DNA from: Longimicrobiales bacterium | Lineage (GTDB): Bacteria; Gemmatimonadota; Gemmatimonadetes; Longimicrobiales; Gaopeijiaceae | NCBI GenBank assembly: GCA_965248195.1 | Contig: CBDFIQ010000002.1 | Location: 1,088,001-1,152,000, forward strand | Direction of reading: 5' to 3' | DNA length: 64,000 nucleotides | In this document: in pieces, positions 8,909-19,280 of the stretch | How the letters are laid out: each line of letters starts with the position of its first letter | Position numbering within the stretch: position 1 is the first letter of the stretch | Position numbers and translations under genes: made by a program | The notes under the pieces: generated by a model | Told to the model about the DNA's origin: nothing | Seen by the model: only the letters and a program-made list of their open reading frames with translations | Databases searched by the model: none

Positions 8909-11900
8909 TTGATGCCATATCCGGAAATCCCCGACAAACTGATCACACTCGAGGAAGAGACGCTGGCCCGCTGGCGGGACGAAGACCTCTTTCGCCAGAC
9001 ACTGGAGGCCACGGAAGCCGGCGAGCCGTTCGTCTTTTTCGAGGGTCCCCCTACTGCCAACGGCCGCCCGGGACTTCACCATATCATCAGCCGGACGATC
9101 AAGGATCTGGTTTGCCGGCTCCGGACGATGGAGGGGCGGAGCGTTACGCGCATCGCCGGGTGGGACACCCATGGGTTGCCCGTCGAGATCGAGGCCGAGA
9201 AGAGACTGGGCATTTCCGGCAAGCCCGAAATCGAGGCGCTCGGCATCGCGGAGTTCAATGCGGCCTGCCGCGACTCGGTTTTCACGTACAAGCAAGAGTG
9301 GGAAGCTCTTTCCGAACGTATCGGCTATTGGCTGGACTACACGCGACCGTATGCCACCCTCGACCTCGACTACATAGAAAGCGTATGGTGGATTCTCAAG
9401 CAACTCGCGGATCGGAGTCTGTTGTACCGAGGGTACAAGAGCGTCCCGTACTGTCCACGGTGCGGGACCGGGCTCAGCTCCCACGAGGTCGCGCTCGGGT
9501 ACCGCGACATCGAGGACTCATCTCTGCACTTCTTGTGCCCCTGGCTGACGACCGAAGGCGGCCCGGACGCCGAAGGGCGAGCGTTCTTGGTCTGGACGAC
9601 GACGCCGTGGACGGTCCCCTCCAACACGGCCCTGGCCGTAAACCCGGAACTCACGTACGTGGACGTCCAGCACGAAGGACGGCGTCTGGTATTGGCCGAG
9701 GAGCGCCTCGAAGCCGTCCTGGCTGAGGGAGTCGAGGTCCTTCAACGGTTCAAAGGGATGGAGCTAGTGGGAACCCGTTATGCCCGGCCGCTCGAGGTCG
9801 TCCCCACGCCAGATGATCACGGCAACGGCTGGACCGTGATCGCAGAAGACTTCGTCAGCTCCGAAGACGGTACCGGCATCGTTCACATCGCACCCGCCTT
9901 CGGCTCGGACGACTACGCTGCCGGACAGCGGCACGATTTGCCCGTGCTCCGGCCGGTCGACGATGCAGGATTGTTCGTCGAGGGGACGGAGTTGGTGGCT
10001 GGCGTGTTCGTGAAGGACGCCGATCCGGTGTTGGTGGAGGAGCTCGAATCGCGGGGGAATCTCTTCCGGTTTGGCACCGCCGTGCACTCCTATCCGCACT
10101 GCTGGCGCTGTGAGTCGCCGCTCATCTACATCGCAAGGGATTCGTGGTTCGCCGCCACCTCGACGGTGAAGGAGCAAATGTTGGCCCACAATCGGGCTGC
10201 AAATTGGTTTCCGCCGGACATCGGAGAAGGCCGAATGGGCGAGTGGCTCAAGGGAAACGTGGATTGGGCGCTTTCTCGAGACCGGTATTGGGGTACGCCG
10301 CTCCCGGTGTGGGTGTGCGATCAAGAGTCGGACCACCTGGAGTGGATCGGGAGTTACGAGGAGCTAGCAGCACGTGCCGGCCCTCTGGGGAACGACTTCG
10401 ACCCTCACCGCCCCTACATCGATGAGCACACGTGGAACTGTGGAGAGTGTGGCGGAACTATGGCGCGAACGCCCGAGGTCCTCGACGCCTGGTTCGACTC
10501 GGGTGCGATGCCGTACGCACAGTGGCACTACCCCTTCGAGGGTCGGGACGAATTCGAGCGGCACTTCCCGGCCGACTTCATCTGTGAAGGCCTCGATCAG
10601 ACGCGGGGATGGTTTTACTCTCTCCTGGCCATCTCCACGATGCTGGAAAAGGGCCCACCGTTCCGAAACGTGGTGGTGAACAATCTGATCCTCGATGCCG
10701 AGGGCCAGAAGATGTCGAAATCGAGTGGGAATACTGTGGATCCGTGGGATGCGATCGCTGACCATGGAACCGACGCTATCCGCTGGTATCTGATCACGTC
10801 GAGCAACCCGTGGGTCGCAAAACGGTATGATCCCGCATCCGTCCAGGAAGCATCACGGAAATTCCTGGATACGCTCTTCAACACCTACCGCTTCTTCACG
10901 CTCTACGCCAACACCGAGGACTGGGCGCCCTCCGACAAGGATCCGGCGCCCCAGGACCGAAACCTGCTCGACCGCTGGCTGATTTCCAGGCTGAGTGCAG
11001 TGGTGACGGAGGTGCGCTCGGAGCTGAACGCCTATCAGCTAACGCGAGCCTACCGAACTCTGGGCGATTTCCTCAGTGAGGAGCTGTCCAATTGGTATGT
11101 GCGGCGGTCCAGGCCCAGGTTCTGGGGGAACACGGACGGAGGTGACGCTCGTGCGGCGTTTCGGACACTCTGGGAGGCGCTGCGCACCGTTTGTCTGCTC
11201 TCGGCTCCGGTGACGCCCTTCGTTTCCGACTGGATCCACCGCGGACTCACCGGGAAGAGCGTGCATCTCGAAGCCTTTCCGGGCGACGGCTCCGCGCAGG
11301 AGCTGGGGACTCGTGATGAACCACTCGAAGGGGAAATGGAAGCAGTGAGGACACTGGTAACCCTTGGCCGAGCGGCCCGAGAGGCGGTCAAGATTCGGGT
11401 CCGTCAGCCGCTCAAAAGCCTGTTCGCCATCGTTCCCGAGGGATTGCAGATTCGGAGTGAGATCCTTGATCTCCTCCAGGACGAACTCAACGTCAAGTCT
11501 GTGGAGTTCTTGGCTTCGGCAGAGGGCCTGATTACGCTAGTCGCGAAGCCGAATTACAAGGCTCTGGGCCCGAGATTCGGGAAAGAAACAGAACTTGCCG
11601 CCACAGCGATTCGGGAACTTTCCGAAGCGCAGCTACAGGCCCATAACGCGGGTGATCCGGTGTCGATCGAGGTCGCGGGCCGCACCGCCGTGGTCGATCC
11701 CGAAGATCTGACGGTCGAAGAGGAGTCCACGGAGGGGTTGGTGGTGCGATCCGAGAGCGGGTACAGCGCTGCTCTCGACCCGACCCTGGATGAGGCATTG
11801 AAGGCCGAGGGGAGTGCGCGAGAGTTGGTCAACCGCATTCAACGGCTGCGCAAGGAGTCCGGCTTTGCCATTACGGACCGGATTCGGCTGGGAGTGTACG

Positions 11901-12121
11901 GTCCGGCCCATATCAGGGCGGCGGCGGGTGACCATCATGATTTCATTTGTGGTGAAACTCTGGCGGTGCAACTCGAGATCGATGCCAGTCAGGACACCGT
12001 CGCTGGCTACGAAGCCGTCCAGAGCGTCAAGATCGATGACATGGACGTCGTGATCGCGCTCAACCGGGGAGTAGAAAGCCATCCGTCGGGGGGTCGGGCA
12101 GGTGCGGGAGCTCAGGATTGA
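8909..12121 (+). CDS. ileS: Isoleucine--tRNA ligase, type 2
   Basis: EGPPTANG, GWDTHGLP, WTTTPWT, KMSKS; IleRS2-type C-terminus; HIGH motif reads GLHH. Confidence 0.96.
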   Translation: MMPYPEIPDKLITLEEETLARWRDEDLFRQTLEATEAGEPFVFFEGPPTANGRPGLHHIISRTIKDLVCRLRTMEGRSVTRIAGWDTHGLPVEIEAEKRLGISGKPEIEALGIAEFNAACRDSVFTYKQEWEALSERIGYWLDYTRPYATLDLDYIESVWWILKQLADRSLLYRGYKSVPYCPRCGTGLSSHEVALGYRDIEDSSLHFLCPWLTTEGGPDAEGRAFLVWTTTPWTVPSNTALAVNPELTYVDVQHEGRRLVLAEERLEAVLAEGVEVLQRFKGMELVGTRYARPLEVVPTPDDHGNGWTVIAEDFVSSEDGTGIVHIAPAFGSDDYAAGQRHDLPVLRPVDDAGLFVEGTELVAGVFVKDADPVLVEELESRGNLFRFGTAVHSYPHCWRCESPLIYIARDSWFAATSTVKEQMLAHNRAANWFPPDIGEGRMGEWLKGNVDWALSRDRYWGTPLPVWVCDQESDHLEWIGSYEELAARAGPLGNDFDPHRPYIDEHTWNCGECGGTMARTPEVLDAWFDSGAMPYAQWHYPFEGRDEFERHFPADFICEGLDQTRGWFYSLLAISTMLEKGPPFRNVVVNNLILDAEGQKMSKSSGNTVDPWDAIADHGTDAIRWYLITSSNPWVAKRYDPASVQEASRKFLDTLFNTYRFFTLYANTEDWAPSDKDPAPQDRNLLDRWLISRLSAVVTEVRSELNAYQLTRAYRTLGDFLSEELSNWYVRRSRPRFWGNTDGGDARAAFRTLWEALRTVCLLSAPVTPFVSDWIHRGLTGKSVHLEAFPGDGSAQELGTRDEPLEGEMEAVRTLVTLGRAAREAVKIRVRQPLKSLFAIVPEGLQIRSEILDLLQDELNVKSVEFLASAEGLITLVAKPNYKALGPRFGKETELAATAIRELSEAQLQAHNAGDPVSIEVAGRTAVVDPEDLTVEEESTEGLVVRSESGYSAALDPTLDEALKAEGSARELVNRIQRLRKESGFAITDRIRLGVYGPAHIRAAAGDHHDFICGETLAVQLEIDASQDTVAGYEAVQSVKIDDMDVVIALNRGVESHPSGGRAGAGAQD

Positions 12122-13086
12122 AGGTGACCGAGGATAGGGTGGAGATCTTCACGGTCGGTGGAGGCGGGGATCGGCTCGACAGATACGTGGCGGGCCATTC
12201 GGACCTTTCCCGGGCTCGGGTGCAGGCACTGGTCGCGGAGGGGAGGGTACGGGTCGATGGCCACGTTGCCCGAAAGGCCGAGCGGCTCGAGGCCGGGCAG
12301 GAGATCGAGGTGCGGATTCCTCCGCCGGAGGCGCTGGAGGCCCAGCCCGAGGATATCGCGTTGGACGTGCTGTTCGAGGATCCTTCGCTTCTCGTCTTGA
12401 ACAAACCCTCGGGCATGGTGACTCACCCGGCGCCCGGGCATCCCACGGGAACCTTGGTTAATGCCCTGCTTGCCCATACCGGCGACCTGTCGGGTATTGG
12501 AGGCAAGCTGCGCCCCGGAATCGTGCAGCGTTTGGACCGCTATACGTCGGGGCTCATGGTGGTGGCCAAGAGCGATAAGGCACACCACGCCCTTTCCGAA
12601 GCGCTTCAACGGCGTGAAATTAAGCGTCTGTATATTGCCGCATCGTGGGGTCACCTTTCCGAATCACCTCTTGAGGTTACTGCTCCCATCGGGCGGGATC
12701 CGGTGGAGCGAAAGCGTATGGCGGTAGTAGAGAAGGGGCGTTACGCCGTGACGCGCTTTCACGTCGTGGAACGTTGGCTCGGCGCTGAGTTGTTGCGGGT
12801 AGCGCTGGGCACGGGGCGGACTCATCAGATTCGGGTTCATCTGGCGCATATTGGACACCCCGTGGTTGGGGATACCTTGTATGGTGTGGGATGGGAGCGC
12901 GGGATGGGTGGCAAAGCTCGGCAATGGGCGAAAACGCTGAGCCAAAGGGTGGAGCGGCAGTTCCTCCACTCTTGGCGGCTTTCCTTCGAGCATCCGATGA
13001 GTGGAGAGGCGATGCGATTCGAGCTACCTCTCCCAGCGGATTTACAAACGTGTGCCGACTGGGCACGAAACGACGGCGCGACGTGA
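12118..13086 (+). CDS. rluD: RluA/RluD-family 23S rRNA pseudouridine synthase
   Basis: S4 domain RLDRYV, NKPSGMVTHP, RLD..TSG, TGRTHQIRVH. Confidence 0.92.
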   Translation: MKVTEDRVEIFTVGGGGDRLDRYVAGHSDLSRARVQALVAEGRVRVDGHVARKAERLEAGQEIEVRIPPPEALEAQPEDIALDVLFEDPSLLVLNKPSGMVTHPAPGHPTGTLVNALLAHTGDLSGIGGKLRPGIVQRLDRYTSGLMVVAKSDKAHHALSEALQRREIKRLYIAASWGHLSESPLEVTAPIGRDPVERKRMAVVEKGRYAVTRFHVVERWLGAELLRVALGTGRTHQIRVHLAHIGHPVVGDTLYGVGWERGMGGKARQWAKTLSQRVERQFLHSWRLSFEHPMSGEAMRFELPLPADLQTCADWARNDGAT

Positions 13087-13111
13087 CGGAGATTGGTTTA
13101 GAACTGTGGTA

Positions 13112-15049
13112 GTGACGGATCTGGATCCGAGATTTACCTTCGATAGCTTTATCGTGGGACCGGCGAACCGTCTCGCGTCGGCGGCGGCGCGGCGTGTGGC
13201 CGATGCGCCCGGCACGTCCTATAACCCTCTTTTCATCTATTCCTCATCGGGTCTGGGGAAGTCTCACATCCTCAATGCTATAGCGCATTATGCCGCCCGA
13301 GTACATCCCGGTTTCGGGGTCGTGTACGTGACAGTCGAGAGCTTCCTCAACGAACTCACGAGTGCCATCCAGGCAGGGGCGGAGAAAGAACTTCGAGAAC
13401 GGTACGAGGAACTCCACATCCTTCTCCTCGACGACGTCCAGTTCTTTACCGGGCAAAATGAAGCTCAGGAGATCTTGCTCAGGCTTCTGGACGGAATGAA
13501 CAAATCCGGGGGTCAGGTCGTCCTTGCCAGTGATCGCCCGCCTGCCGAGATCAACGCGCTCGACGAGCGTCTGCTCACTCGGTTCTCGGGTGGGTTGATC
13601 GTCGACATCGCCGTGCCGGAGTACGAGACCAAGGTCGCCATCCTCCGTAAGAAGGCTGAGGAGCGGGACCAGACGTTCCAAACGGGCGTGGCCGAGGCGC
13701 TTGCGAAGTACGGCTTCAGCAGTGTCCGCGCACTAGGGGGGGCGCTGAACAAGATTCTCGCCATCCAGGAGCTGGAGGAGCGCCAGGTGGAAGCGAACGA
13801 GGTCGAGGCTGTGGCGGGGCTCCAGGAAGAGGCGCCGAGCGAAGCCGGCTCGTTCGTGCAGGAGGTTTCGGCGGCGGAGAGGGACGAGGAGCCATGGAAG
13901 AGGCTGCTCCGGGAAACGGTGGAGATCTTCGAGAAGGGCGGGTACTCAGGCACGCGCCTACGCCGACTACTCGAATCCCAGGAGCCTCCACCGGACCCCC
14001 AAGCGGTGGCCGACCAATTTCGCAGGGATATTGCCCAACTCCGTGAGGTTGAGAAATCCCTCGCCACCGCCGGCAATCCCTGGCCGGAGGCCGCCGTCGG
14101 TGTGTTCAAGGATCCCGAGCGTCTGGATGAGGCAAACTCACTGCTCGCCTCGGCCCTGGAGCGAGTCAGGCCCTTCCTTCGCGTGGGGGAAGGTCCGTCG
14201 TTGGCCGACCTCACGTTGAACTACGAACCGGTCGTGATCAAGGCGGCCGCACAGCTCGTCTCCGAGGAGCGTCCGGAGTACAACCCCCTCTACATATGGA
14301 GTGAGACCCGTGCCGGTCCATTGGCGTTGCTTGCGGCGACGGCACGAACGTTCCGCGAAAAGCATCAGCTTTCGAACATCGCCATCGTTTCCGCTGCAGA
14401 ATTCGCAGAGGACTACATTCGGGCCTTGTCGGAGGGTGTGGCCGGGGCATGGCGGGAACGCTGGTGGGATGTGGACCTCCTACTCCTTTACGACGCTGAG
14501 CTGATTTCGGGGACAGAGCGCGCCAAGGACGAGTTCTTCCATCTCTTCGAGGCCTCGAAGCGCACAGGCACCAAGATGATGATCGCGGCGGACCGGGCCC
14601 CCTCCGGAATCGACGACATAGACCAGAGGTTGCGGACTCGCTTCGAAATGGGCCTCGTGATGGAGACCCCGGGCAAGAGCCTACCGCAGGGTGCCGGAGA
14701 GCTGAGTCTGGAAGAGGCGCCACCCGAGTTCATGGAAGATGAGGACCTCTGGGGCGGATTCATGCGGCCCTCGGTGGCCGGCAATGTTCTCCCCGAGGTC
14801 GAGGATTTCGAGCTCCGCGAGTCCGCTGGCCTCACGCCCGCAGTGGACGCGGCCGAACCCCAGCCTGCCTCTGCTGTAGAGCCGGCCAGGAAAGCAGTGC
14901 CCGCAGTGGCAGCGGAAATGGCGGATGCAGCGGGAGCGGGGGGAGCGGCGGAACCGGCTGGGCCGGGCTCGGTTTGGAAGCCGTCCAGGGAAAACGTGGT
15001 GTGGGACTGGCAGGCAGTCGAAGAACGCATTGTCGAATTGACGGAGTAG
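13112..15049 (+). CDS. DnaA-like protein with two tandem AAA+ modules and no DNA-binding domain IV
   Basis: FTFDSFIVGPANRLA, YNPLFIY-SSSGLGKSH, LLLDDVQF; second YNPLYIW...EFFHLF...RLRTRFEMGL; start approximate. Confidence 0.8.
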   Translation: MTDLDPRFTFDSFIVGPANRLASAAARRVADAPGTSYNPLFIYSSSGLGKSHILNAIAHYAARVHPGFGVVYVTVESFLNELTSAIQAGAEKELRERYEELHILLLDDVQFFTGQNEAQEILLRLLDGMNKSGGQVVLASDRPPAEINALDERLLTRFSGGLIVDIAVPEYETKVAILRKKAEERDQTFQTGVAEALAKYGFSSVRALGGALNKILAIQELEERQVEANEVEAVAGLQEEAPSEAGSFVQEVSAAERDEEPWKRLLRETVEIFEKGGYSGTRLRRLLESQEPPPDPQAVADQFRRDIAQLREVEKSLATAGNPWPEAAVGVFKDPERLDEANSLLASALERVRPFLRVGEGPSLADLTLNYEPVVIKAAAQLVSEERPEYNPLYIWSETRAGPLALLAATARTFREKHQLSNIAIVSAAEFAEDYIRALSEGVAGAWRERWWDVDLLLLYDAELISGTERAKDEFFHLFEASKRTGTKMMIAADRAPSGIDDIDQRLRTRFEMGLVMETPGKSLPQGAGELSLEEAPPEFMEDEDLWGGFMRPSVAGNVLPEVEDFELRESAGLTPAVDAAEPQPASAVEPARKAVPAVAAEMADAAGAGGAAEPAGPGSVWKPSRENVVWDWQAVEERIVELTE

Positions 15050-15061
15050 AAATAGCACTGT

Positions 15062-16681
15062 ATGGGAATCAAAGGAGCACTCACCGACGTCAGTCTGGCC
15101 GATATCTCCCAGCTGCTCGGCATGGGCGGAAAGACCGGGTGCCTTACCCTCACGCACAAAGAGAACCACGGGTACGTCTACTTCGAGGGAGGGCGCGTGA
15201 TCGGCGCCTCCGTCCGGGACCGGCCGGACCGAATCGGAGAACTTCTCGTCGCCCGCGAAGTTATCAGCCGGGATCAACTCTCGGCGGCGATGGCGCATCA
15301 GGTGGGGGGCACCGGACGGAGATTATTGGGGGCGGTGCTCGTTGAACTAGGCAGCCTGACCCAGGAGAAGCTGGAGGAATACCTCTCCGTGCAGATGGAG
15401 GAGGCGGTCTACCTGATTTTTCAGTGGAGTGAAGGGACCTTCGAGTTCGAGCCGGACGTCATGCCGGACGAAGGCCTATTTCGCATTTCGATCAGCATCG
15501 ATGCCCTCCTCATGGAAGGGGCGCGCCGAGTGGACGAGTGGAGCGTGGTCGAGAAGAAGATCACGTCCATGGATCTCATCTTCTCATTGGAACGTAACCC
15601 CCTGGAGGATGAGGGCCTCGACCTCACGGACGACCAGAAGAGCATCATCCCACTGACAGACGGCCAGCGCACGGTCACGGATCTGGTTGAGGATTCCGGA
15701 CTCACCGAGTTCGACACTGGAAAGGCGCTGTACGGCTTGATCCAAGCCGGGTTTGCCGTCCAGGTCGGAAGGCGCGTGGCAGAGGACAAGGCTGAGGGAT
15801 CGCTGGAGGAGCACTTGGGGGCCGGGCTGGCCGCGTATAAGTCGGGGTCGATGGACGACGCGACCCGTGAGCTCCGAAAGGCCCTCGAGGTTGATCCGAC
15901 GCACCCTCAGGCCCGGGCTCACCTGGCGCTGATCAGCCTGAGACAGGGCAAGGCACAGGAGGCCATCGTTCACTTCGACGGGATGGGCGAGGACACGAAG
16001 CCCAGCTACGCCCTACTCCGGAATCGTTCTTTGGCGTACGAGCGGCTGGGCAGGTACGACGAGGCGCTCTCGACCCTAGATGCGGCCGAGAGGCTCGACG
16101 CGGACGATGCGGGTCTCGCCCTTGCCCGAGGCATCGTCCAGATGAAATCGGGGGACGGCGCCGCCGCGATGGGCTCACTAAAGGTCTACCAGGGCAAGCT
16201 CGGTTCGGAGACGCCGCCGCCCATGTTCTACGCGTTTTCCATTTTGGCTGCGGGACTCACGGGGGACATGGTCGGCGCTTTGGAGATCGGCGAAGAAGGC
16301 CTCAAGCGATATCCGGAAGAGGGGGCGATTCTCGTAAATGCCGGTGCCGTCCTGGAGCATCGGGGGGACGGCGAGGCTGCGACCGCCTATTACGAGAGAG
16401 CCATCAAGGGTGACTCTCCTCCGCCGCAGGCCTTCAAGGCCCTCGGGGATCAAGCCCTCGGCCAGGGAGCCAAGGCTCAGGCCAAACAACACTTCGAGTC
16501 GGCCCTTAAGGAGGCTCCCAGCCTCGGGGAGGATGTCTTGATCAAGCTCGGCGCCATCGAAGTCGAGAACTCCAACACCGAGGAGGCCGCCGCGCTGTGG
16601 CGTCGAGCCTTGGCGTTGAACCCTGACAATTCGTCTCTCCGGACTAAGATCGACCAGCTCAGAGCCACGGCGGCGACGTGA
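15062..16681 (+). CDS. DUF4388 (PatA_N-like) domain + TPR-repeat protein
   Basis: IKGAL.DVSLADI.QLL...KTG.L, W.EG.FEF, LLMEGARRVDEW; TPR helices in C-terminal half. Confidence 0.85.
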   Translation: MGIKGALTDVSLADISQLLGMGGKTGCLTLTHKENHGYVYFEGGRVIGASVRDRPDRIGELLVAREVISRDQLSAAMAHQVGGTGRRLLGAVLVELGSLTQEKLEEYLSVQMEEAVYLIFQWSEGTFEFEPDVMPDEGLFRISISIDALLMEGARRVDEWSVVEKKITSMDLIFSLERNPLEDEGLDLTDDQKSIIPLTDGQRTVTDLVEDSGLTEFDTGKALYGLIQAGFAVQVGRRVAEDKAEGSLEEHLGAGLAAYKSGSMDDATRELRKALEVDPTHPQARAHLALISLRQGKAQEAIVHFDGMGEDTKPSYALLRNRSLAYERLGRYDEALSTLDAAERLDADDAGLALARGIVQMKSGDGAAAMGSLKVYQGKLGSETPPPMFYAFSILAAGLTGDMVGALEIGEEGLKRYPEEGAILVNAGAVLEHRGDGEAATAYYERAIKGDSPPPQAFKALGDQALGQGAKAQAKQHFESALKEAPSLGEDVLIKLGAIEVENSNTEEAAALWRRALALNPDNSSLRTKIDQLRATAAT

Positions 16682-17790
16682 TTCCAGCCGTCCTGGCCCT
16701 GATTCTCACGATCGGGCAGGACACGGTCGGACAGGACGCGCGTGGGCAGAACCCGGCCGGGCAGGACGCGATCGGGCGGGTAGCGGCCGGGCAGGTAGCG
16801 GCCGGGCAGGTAGCGGCCGAGCAGGTAGCGGCCGAGCAGGTAGAGGGTGCTCCGGGTGCGCCCTGGCAAGATGCCGTCGGGCTGAAGCTCACGGACGGAC
16901 GGTATCTCGTCGGCGTGCGAGCCACCGTTTCCTTCGTTTCCGCTGATTCGATCAAGGCCGCGCGAGTGCTGAGCGATCTGGAGGGTGCAATCCCACTACC
17001 GGGCCTGCCCCCGGGGGTACCGAGCGGCGTGCTCCTGGTCCTGGCGCCGGACGAAGCCCAGTTCGTGCGCCTTACCGGGGGAGCCGCTCCGGACTGGGGT
17101 GCCGGCGTGGCGTTTCCGGCGCAGTCGGCGATTGTCGTTCCGGCGTTTACGTCGGAGCGGGGCACCGGCTGGAATGATGCACGTGTCCTGCGCCATGAGT
17201 GGGCGCACGTCGGCCTTCATCAGCATCTCGAGGGACTTCGAGTGCCCCGTTGGTTCTCCGAGGGATACGCGCAGTGGGCGAGCGGGGGTTGGGATTGGAG
17301 CGAGGGTTGGAAGCTTCGGATCGCGTTGGCTCGGGGGGGGAGCCCGCTCGACTCTCTTGCCCTTGCGTGGCCGCGGAATGAGGCTAGGGCTCGCACCGCG
17401 TATCTTCTCTCGGCGACCACCGTGGAATATCTGGTCGTGGAGGGTGGCCCGAGGGCACTCGAGGTGCTGCTCCGCCGTTGGAAGGAGCTGGGGAACTTCG
17501 AGCGGGCGTTTCGGGCGACGTTTGGGGCCACGACCGCCCAGTTCGAGGAGGAGTGGCGGCGCTACGTCGAAGAACGCTACGGTTGGCTATTCGTGCTCTC
17601 ACATTCGGCGGTTTTTTGGATGTTGATGAGCCTGGTGCTCGTCGCCATGGCCGGGGTCCGGAGGGGGGCACGGCGGGAGCGGATGGCTCGCCTCAGAGCG
17701 GAGGACATCCCGGATCGGCCCAGCTTCTGGCTGACCCCCGATCGTTTACAAGAAGGTGATTCTGGACCCGACCCGGACGGATCGGAGTAA
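16678..17790 (+). CDS. Exported / membrane-anchored peptidase MA-like metalloprotease
   Basis: Signal-like N-terminus, RHEWAH (HEXXH), PRWFSEGYA, C-terminal TM. Confidence 0.8.
   Translation: MIPAVLALILTIGQDTVGQDARGQNPAGQDAIGRVAAGQVAAGQVAAEQVAAEQVEGAPGAPWQDAVGLKLTDGRYLVGVRATVSFVSADSIKAARVLSDLEGAIPLPGLPPGVPSGVLLVLAPDEAQFVRLTGGAAPDWGAGVAFPAQSAIVVPAFTSERGTGWNDARVLRHEWAHVGLHQHLEGLRVPRWFSEGYAQWASGGWDWSEGWKLRIALARGGSPLDSLALAWPRNEARARTAYLLSATTVEYLVVEGGPRALEVLLRRWKELGNFERAFRATFGATTAQFEEEWRRYVEERYGWLFVLSHSAVFWMLMSLVLVAMAGVRRGARRERMARLRAEDIPDRPSFWLTPDRLQEGDSGPDPDGSE
16714..16848 (+). repeat. 9 x 15-bp degenerate tandem repeat (GQxxx/GQVAA pentapeptides)
   Basis: GQDTV GQDAR GQNPA GQDAI GRVAA GQVAA GQVAA EQVAA EQVEG. 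Confidence 0.9.
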
Positions 17791-17837
17791 GAGTTGACAG
17801 GGCGCTTCTAAAATCGCGCGTCTAAAAAGGACCCAAC

Positions 17838-19226
17838 GTGTCTCGCATCCTTCTGGTCGACGACGACGCAGACCTCCGATTCGTTTTTCGAGAGAAGCTC
17901 GAATATTCGGGTCATGAAGTAGACGAAGCAGACAGCGCGGAGGTCGCGTTGGCCAAGGTCAGCTCGTTCGATCCGGCTCTGGTCGTCACCGATGTACGTA
18001 TGGATGGCATGACCGGGCTGGAGCTCCTGAGCCGGATCCGGGAGTCCATGGAGCACGTCGACGTGATTGTAATGACGGGACACGACACCATGACCTCCGC
18101 CGTGGAGGCCATGAAGTCCGGGGCGTTCGACTACCTCGTCAAACCGGTGGGGCTCAAGGAACTCGTGGCCGTTGTGGATCGTTGTCTGAGCGACCAGGAG
18201 ATCAACCGAGCCGCGGCCGAGCAGCCGGAGGCCGACGGCGGAGATGCCGACCGCGACGAGTCGGAGGGCGCCGAATCCGACGCGCGAGCCCGGAAAGTGA
18301 TTGGCCGAGATCCAAGGATGATCGAGATCTATAAGATGATTGGGGTTCTTTCGCGGAATCGTGCAACCGTCTTGGTGAGAGGAGACACAGGGACAGGGAA
18401 GGAGATGGTCGCACGGGCCGTGCACGACCACTCGATCCATTCGGACGAGCCGTTTATCGCGGTCAACTGTACCGCGCTTACCGATACGCTGTTGGAATCG
18501 GAGCTTTTCGGGCATGTGCGAGGGGCGTTCACCGGAGCGGTGGGCGGGAAAAAGGGGTACTTCGAGCTCGCGGGGCGGGGCACCATCTTCCTCGACGAGA
18601 TCGGGGACACCTCCCCCGACTTTCAGTCCAAGCTTCTTCGAGTGCTTCAGGAGCGGCAATACTATCCGGTCGGGGGCGAACAGCCCAAGACCACCGAGGC
18701 GCGCGTTGTGGCCGCGACGCATCAACCCATGGAAGAGTTGGTGTCCGAGGGTGGCTTCCGGGAGGATCTCTACTTTCGTCTACAGGTCGTCGAGATCCAC
18801 GTCCCCAGCCTGCGTGAAAGAAGGGAGGACATCCCCCTGCTCGCCCAGCATCTTCTTGGGCGTATCCGGCGCGAGACGGGCGCCACAGTGCGGGGGATCT
18901 CCGAGGACGCGATGGCTCGTATTCAGGAGTACGATTGGCCCGGCAACGTGCGTGAACTCGAGAACGCGTTGACCCGTGCAGCCATCGTGGCGCGGGGACC
19001 GTTGGTAGGTCCCGACCATCTTACACTCGGAACCCATGCCGATGTGAGTCCGTCCCGCGAAGCGTCGGGTGGGGTGCCTGAGGGTGATCTGACGCTGGAC
19101 GGAGCGATCGAGTGTCAGATCCGGCGTGTTCTGGAGCAGACGGAAGGAAACAAGACGGAAGCCGCCTCGCTTCTCGCGATCTCTCGCTCCCGGCTCACCC
19201 GGTACGTGGAGCGACTCGGCCTGTGA
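17838..19226 (+). CDS. Sigma-54-dependent (NtrC-family) response regulator
   Basis: Receiver domain, GDTGTGKE, GAFTGA, WPGNVRELEN, Fis HTH. Confidence 0.95.
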   Translation: MSRILLVDDDADLRFVFREKLEYSGHEVDEADSAEVALAKVSSFDPALVVTDVRMDGMTGLELLSRIRESMEHVDVIVMTGHDTMTSAVEAMKSGAFDYLVKPVGLKELVAVVDRCLSDQEINRAAAEQPEADGGDADRDESEGAESDARARKVIGRDPRMIEIYKMIGVLSRNRATVLVRGDTGTGKEMVARAVHDHSIHSDEPFIAVNCTALTDTLLESELFGHVRGAFTGAVGGKKGYFELAGRGTIFLDEIGDTSPDFQSKLLRVLQERQYYPVGGEQPKTTEARVVAATHQPMEELVSEGGFREDLYFRLQVVEIHVPSLRERREDIPLLAQHLLGRIRRETGATVRGISEDAMARIQEYDWPGNVRELENALTRAAIVARGPLVGPDHLTLGTHADVSPSREASGGVPEGDLTLDGAIECQIRRVLEQTEGNKTEAASLLAISRSRLTRYVERLGL

Positions 19227-19280
19227 AGGCTGAGCTCGGTCGGTTGACCCGGGTGGGTCCTTGGAAATAGGATCCGGGCT

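Noticed and set aside
12520..12555. RluD motif variant QRLDRYTSG as inactivation
   Set aside because: The catalytic Asp and the other motifs are intact.
13112..15049. Canonical dnaA / oriC
   Set aside because: No domain IV, no dnaN and no DnaA-box cluster nearby.
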